Shown here: positions 60,129 to 64,000 of the stretch, piece after piece
Layout of the letters: each line of letters opens with the position of its first letter
Numbering within the stretch: position 1 is the first letter of the stretch
NCBI GenBank assembly: GCA_963817385.1
Contig: CAWFOM010000020.1
Coordinates: 24,718-88,717 of the forward strand
Length of the DNA stretch: 64,000 nt
From: an uncultured delta proteobacterium
GTDB taxonomy: Bacteria; Desulfobacterota; Syntrophia; Syntrophales; UBA5619
Direction of reading: 5' to 3'
Position numbers and translations under genes: made by a program
Notes under the pieces: generated by a model
Databases searched by the model: none
The model's input: only the letters and a program-made list of their open reading frames with translations
What the model was told of the DNA's origin: nothing

Positions 60129-60220
60129 GCTGTTGCCTCCTTTCGTGGCCGGGTGCAGTACCCGGGAATCCCTGCCCGCAGATAGGATTTCAATCCCTTC
60201 CGGCGGGGATTCCAGCGGCG

Positions 60221-61834
60221 TTATCGACTCTCGACATCCAGGCAGGGGGTTCCCTCACCGGCGACGAGCATTCGGTAGGTCTTCTCGATCCGGTCCCAGT
60301 TCTCCTCCCGATCCATCGACCAGTACCGCCCGATGACCGAAACAACCTTCCCCAGGCCGATCTCCACCGCCTTCTTCTCGATGCTCCCGACGTAGTGCGC
60401 CCCGCTCTCCGGCATCTCCCCCCGCCGCCCGAGCATGGCATGGATGTAAAGTTCGCGAATCCCCTCGCGCCGGGCGAGTTCCATCAGGGCGAAGAGGTGG
60501 TTGATCGAGCCGTGGGAGCTGAAGAAGGAGACGATTCCCATCAGGTGGAGGGGGGCGCCGGTTGCACGGGCGGTGCGGATCGTCTGGAGAAAGGCCTCGT
60601 TTTGGAAGAAGGAGCCGTCGGCGATGGCCCGGTCGATCTTCACCCGGTCGGAGTAGATCCGCCGTCCCGCTCCGATATGGAGATGTCCCGCCTCCGAATT
60701 GCCCACGGCGCCACTCGGCAGCCCCACGGCCTCCCCCGCCGCCTGAAGCGTCGTATGGGGCCAGGCGTTCATGAGGGCGTTCATCCGGGGAGGGCGGGCC
60801 TTGGCGATGAGGTTGCCGCGCGTCTCGCCGCTCCAGCCCCAGCCGTCGAGGATGAGCAAAAGGACGCGCCGGGGCGCCAAGCCCCTTCCTTCCTTGCCGG
60901 CGGTCGAAGAGCCGGGGGCGGATTCGATCAATGAACGTCCCGTCATTACGGCGGGCGTGGGCAGGCCGAGGAGGGAAAGGACGGTGGGGGCGACATCGGC
61001 CAGCTCGCCTCCGGTGCGGAGAGTCACCCCGGGATTCGCCCCGATGAGGATCAGGGGCACGGGGCTGTCCGTATGGCCGGTATCGACGTTCCCGTCCGGG
61101 TAGAGCCACTTCTCCACGGTTCCGTGGTCTGCGGTGACGATCGCCGTGACCCCTTCCCGGACGGCCGCCTCGACGATCCGGCCGGTGCATTCATCCACGC
61201 ATTGCACGGCCCGGAGGACGGCCGATTCGTTCTCGATGTGGCCGACGACGTCCACATTGGGAAGATTGACGAAGATGAAACTACAGCCGGGATCGCGGAT
61301 CTTTTCGATGGCCGCCTCCGTGATCCGGCCGCTTGACATCTCCGGGGCCTCGTCGAAGAGGGCGACGTCCTTCCTGGACGGCACGATGATCCTCTCCTCT
61401 CCCGGTAGAGGGTCTTCCTTCTTGCCGTTGAGGAAATAGCCCACATGAACCGCCTTTTCCGCCTCGGTGATCTTGACCTGGGTGAGCCCGCTTGCGGAGA
61501 TCGTATCGCTCAGCGTCCCTTGCAGGATCCCCTCGGGCGGGAAGGCGATGCGAACCGGAAGACCTTTGCGGTACTCGATCATCGTGGTGAACTCAAGCGC
61601 CAGGTCTTTCGTTCCCGGGAATTCCCGGAAATCCTTCTCCGTCAGGCAGCGGGTAAGCTCGATCTCCCGCTCCCCGCGGATGTTGTAGAAGATGACGGCA
61701 TCCCCCCGGCCGATCCTTCCCAGCGGCCGTCCCCGTCGGTCCGTCAGGACCAGGGGGCCAAGCGTCTCGTCTTCCTCGCCCCGTCGGTAGGCCTCTCTGA
61801 CCGCTTCCGCGAGGGGGAAACGAGCATATTCCAT
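60221..61834 (-). CDS. circularly permuted cofactor-independent phosphoglycerate mutase (GpmI-like)
   Basis: Residues ~1-302 match the canonical C-terminal half (EK..HV, PEMS, DVVGH, TADHG, GHT, LADVAPT, MTGRSL). Residues 322-537 match the canonical N-terminal half (LLILDGWG, VGLP..GNSEAGH, GRYWSMDR). SD AAGGAG. Confidence 0.88.
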   Translation of the reverse strand: MEYARFPLAEAVREAYRRGEEDETLGPLVLTDRRGRPLGRIGRGDAVIFYNIRGEREIELTRCLTEKDFREFPGTKDLALEFTTMIEYRKGLPVRIAFPPEGILQGTLSDTISASGLTQVKITEAEKAVHVGYFLNGKKEDPLPGEERIIVPSRKDVALFDEAPEMSSGRITEAAIEKIRDPGCSFIFVNLPNVDVVGHIENESAVLRAVQCVDECTGRIVEAAVREGVTAIVTADHGTVEKWLYPDGNVDTGHTDSPVPLILIGANPGVTLRTGGELADVAPTVLSLLGLPTPAVMTGRSLIESAPGSSTAGKEGRGLAPRRVLLLILDGWGWSGETRGNLIAKARPPRMNALMNAWPHTTLQAAGEAVGLPSGAVGNSEAGHLHIGAGRRIYSDRVKIDRAIADGSFFQNEAFLQTIRTARATGAPLHLMGIVSFFSSHGSINHLFALMELARREGIRELYIHAMLGRRGEMPESGAHYVGSIEKKAVEIGLGKVVSVIGRYWSMDREENWDRIEKTYRMLVAGEGTPCLDVESR

Positions 61835-61988
61835 GGCATACTCCTTAATGAAAAGTCTCTTTTATGCAAAACAAAACGGATGGTGATCCGTTCCGGAGCG
61901 AGTTGATCATATTTTCTATTTTCTAACGGAAGTGAGGAGAAGAGTAAAGCGAAACTTTCCTTCGAAACCCGCCGCCGGGCATTGGGAC

Positions 61989-62017
61989 TTGAATAATCGG
62001 CGCATCGATGGTATAAA
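61989..62017 (+). promoter_or_regulatory. putative sigma70 promoter of pcm-nlpD
   Basis: TTGAAT-N17-TATAAA with an extended -10 TG. Confidence 0.5.
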
Positions 62018-62145
62018 TCACGAACCGGTTTCCGCGTGCCGGATCCGGCGAGAAGGGTTGATGGCGGTGCCGACCGGAAGCTCAAGTGATATATCAACCA
62101 TCGTTACCGTTGGCATACCGCCGGAGAGATCATCAGGATACGAAT

Positions 62146-62802
62146 GTGACAGACCGGTTTCAGAAACTCAGAACGAAGATGGTCGATACCCAGATCCGGG
62201 CAAGAGGCATTAAGGATCAGCGGGTCGTGAAAGCCATGGAAAAGATTCCCCGCCATCTCTTCGTCGATGAGGGGCTGATCGACCAGGCGTATAACGACTC
62301 GCCCCTTCCCATCGAACGTCAGCAGACCATCTCCCAGCCCTATATCGTTGCGTTGATGTCCGAGGCGATGGTGCTGACCGGAAAGGAAAAGGTGCTCGAG
62401 ATCGGCACCGGTTCAGGCTATCAAACCGCCATCCTCGCCGAACTGGCGGAACGGGTCTTCTCGATCGAGCGTATCGCCGCACTCGCGGCCCGGGCGAGGA
62501 AGATCCTCGATGCGCTGAACTACTACAATGTGGCGATTCGCGTGGGCGACGGGACTTATGGATGGCGCGAGGAGGCCCCGTATGACGCGATCGTGGTGAC
62601 AGCGGGAGCGCCGCAGGTTCCCCGGATTCTGATCGAACAGCTCACCATCGGCGGCCGGCTGGTGATCCCCGTCGGAAGCCGTCATTCCCAATCCCTGTTA
62701 AAGCTGACCCGCCTGTCGGAAGATCCGGATGATCTGAATCAGGAAGAGCTCGGCGGGTGCCGCTTTGTGGATCTTATCGGGGAGCACGGGTGGGACAATT
62801 AA
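62146..62802 (+). CDS. pcm: protein-L-isoaspartate O-methyltransferase
   Basis: PRHLFV, QTISQPY, VLEIGTGSGYQ, GDG..GW..EAPYDAI and GGRLVIPVG. Confidence 0.95.
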   Translation: MTDRFQKLRTKMVDTQIRARGIKDQRVVKAMEKIPRHLFVDEGLIDQAYNDSPLPIERQQTISQPYIVALMSEAMVLTGKEKVLEIGTGSGYQTAILAELAERVFSIERIAALAARARKILDALNYYNVAIRVGDGTYGWREEAPYDAIVVTAGAPQVPRILIEQLTIGGRLVIPVGSRHSQSLLKLTRLSEDPDDLNQEELGGCRFVDLIGEHGWDN

Positions 62803-63827
62803 TGGCCGACAGGTCCCTCTTTCGGGGTTTTTCGTCCCTCCTCCATAACCGGAAGTGCATCGGTGTTCTCCTGATCGGATGGACGCTTCTCTCCTGCTCC
62901 GGTTACCCCCTGAGAGGCGATCAGCCCCGGGGCGTCTACCACCGGGTCAAAAGCGGAGAGACCCTCTACATGATCGCCAAAGCGTATCACGTCAACGTCC
63001 AGGACCTGGCGGAGATCAATAACATCGAGAAGACCGACCAAATTGCGGCGGACAGCGTTATCTTAATCCCCGATGCGATCCAGGTAGTGGATGATGTCCT
63101 GACGGCTTCTCGGTCCCAGGGAGTCCCCGGCGGGATGCGTGCTCCGGTTGCACCTGCCGCGGAACCCAAAGCGGCGCCGCCGGCAGCGGCTTCCCAAAAC
63201 GAAACCCCGAAAAAGACAGCGACGGCAGAAGAGGGAAGGCGCGGGGAGCGCGCGCCGGCCGAAGCGATGGCGAAGGATCGTGCGGCCCTTTCCCGTGCGG
63301 CGGAACGGGATATCGCCTCCCGCAGGGTTTCCGAAAAGACACTCAATGATGAAGAAAGCGACCCGGCGGCACGAAAGAAGGCAGAAGATGGCAACGCGGG
63401 AGAAGTCCAGTTGGACAAGAAACGGTTTATCTGGCCGGTGGCGGGAAAAGTTGTCACGAAGTTCGGGCCGGAATCGATCATGGCCGACTATAACGGTAAG
63501 AAAGTTGAAACTGCCAGGATCATGAATAACAGCATTAAGATTGCCGCCGCCGCCGGGACTCCCGTTGTGGCCGCCGCCGCCGGAAAGGTGATCTATTCCA
63601 TGATGCTGGAGAGGTTTGGGAATACGATCATTATCGAACATGATGCCGATTTTAAAACCGTGTATTACGATTTAGGAAAAAGATTGGTAGAGACGCCGCA
63701 CCAGGTAAAAAAAGGCGAAGCGATTGCCACGATGGGTGAAAGCAGGGAATTGAAGGGGGAATCGCTCATGAATTTTGAAATACGCCATAGGAATAAGCCC
63801 CGAAACCCCCTCTTCTTTCTTCCCTGA
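62802..63827 (+). CDS. nlpD: LysM + degenerate M23 lipoprotein (NlpD-like)
   Basis: Lipobox LLSC, LysM (HRVKSGETLY), FIWPVAG, M23 fold with Zn ligands replaced (NNSIKI, YYDL), and pcm synteny. Confidence 0.8.
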   Translation: MADRSLFRGFSSLLHNRKCIGVLLIGWTLLSCSGYPLRGDQPRGVYHRVKSGETLYMIAKAYHVNVQDLAEINNIEKTDQIAADSVILIPDAIQVVDDVLTASRSQGVPGGMRAPVAPAAEPKAAPPAAASQNETPKKTATAEEGRRGERAPAEAMAKDRAALSRAAERDIASRRVSEKTLNDEESDPAARKKAEDGNAGEVQLDKKRFIWPVAGKVVTKFGPESIMADYNGKKVETARIMNNSIKIAAAAGTPVVAAAAGKVIYSMMLERFGNTIIIEHDADFKTVYYDLGKRLVETPHQVKKGEAIATMGESRELKGESLMNFEIRHRNKPRNPLFFLP

Positions 63828-63904
63828 GCGGGGAATCCCTCGTGCGTATCACCATGCTCGGCTACTGTTCCCTCATGGAGCAGTTATCAGGTGAGGTAGC
63901 TGTC

Positions 63905-64000
63905 GTGCAGAGAGAAGAAGATTACCATTCCGTTGAACAAGGGCCGATCCGGCCTCCGAGTGAGGCCCGAAGTCTCTTGATCCGGGTGACCAGAAACTGT
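63905..64000 (+). CDS. radical SAM protein, 5' fragment
   Basis: GTG after GAGG. EQGPIRPPSEARSLLIRVTRNC resembles the N-terminus leading into a CxxxCxxC motif. Runs off the window. Confidence 0.6.
   Translation, partial: MQREEDYHSVEQGPIRPPSEARSLLIRVTRNC

Noticed and set aside
62802..63827. Novel inactive M23 peptidase
   Set aside because: Degenerate LytM domains are normal for NlpD/EnvC-type amidase activators.
63905..64000. rpoS expected after nlpD
   Set aside because: The translated start resembles a radical SAM N-terminus.
1..64000. CRISPR arrays, tRNA/rRNA genes, transposases, c-di-GMP riboswitches
   Set aside because: None recognised by eye. Covariance-model scans would be needed to exclude small RNAs.

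Overview
GC-rich bacterial chromosomal segment. Gene content suggests an anaerobic deltaproteobacterium such as a Syntrophales member, but this is inference only. In order, the window holds: (1) the 3' part of a complex I-like operon (nuoCD-H-I-J-K, two MrpD-like subunits plus a small membrane protein where nuoL would be, then nuoM-N, with no nuoEFG in the window); (2) a diguanylate cyclase with a periplasmic CxxCH motif; (3) rhomboid, TraB/GumN, rlmD-like, MFS and tatD genes; (4) a TPP-riboswitch-led thiN-thiD-cytX-cca run; (5) NlpC/P60 and CHAT lipoproteins and rfbB; (6) a three-gene signalling island of SAM methyltransferase, V4R-TM-GAF-PAS-HD-GYP and tandem-PilZ/GNAT-like fusion; (7) a rubrerythrin pair, ABC-F, accessory genes including FTR1, and livKHMGF; (8) der and mtaB-rnc-radical SAM-era, separated by an opposite-strand Xis-like HTH/MCP/hybrid kinase block; (9) DUF1015, a tRNA methylase, DciA, a macro domain, a circularly permuted iPGM-like enzyme, and pcm-nlpD. 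The strongest novelty candidates are the PilZ-GNAT/V4R-HD-GYP/methyltransferase module and the circularly permuted iPGM homolog, which lacks the canonical catalytic Asp. Three single-base frameshifts in otherwise intact genes may be sequencing errors. All calls come from motif recognition by eye; no searches were run.
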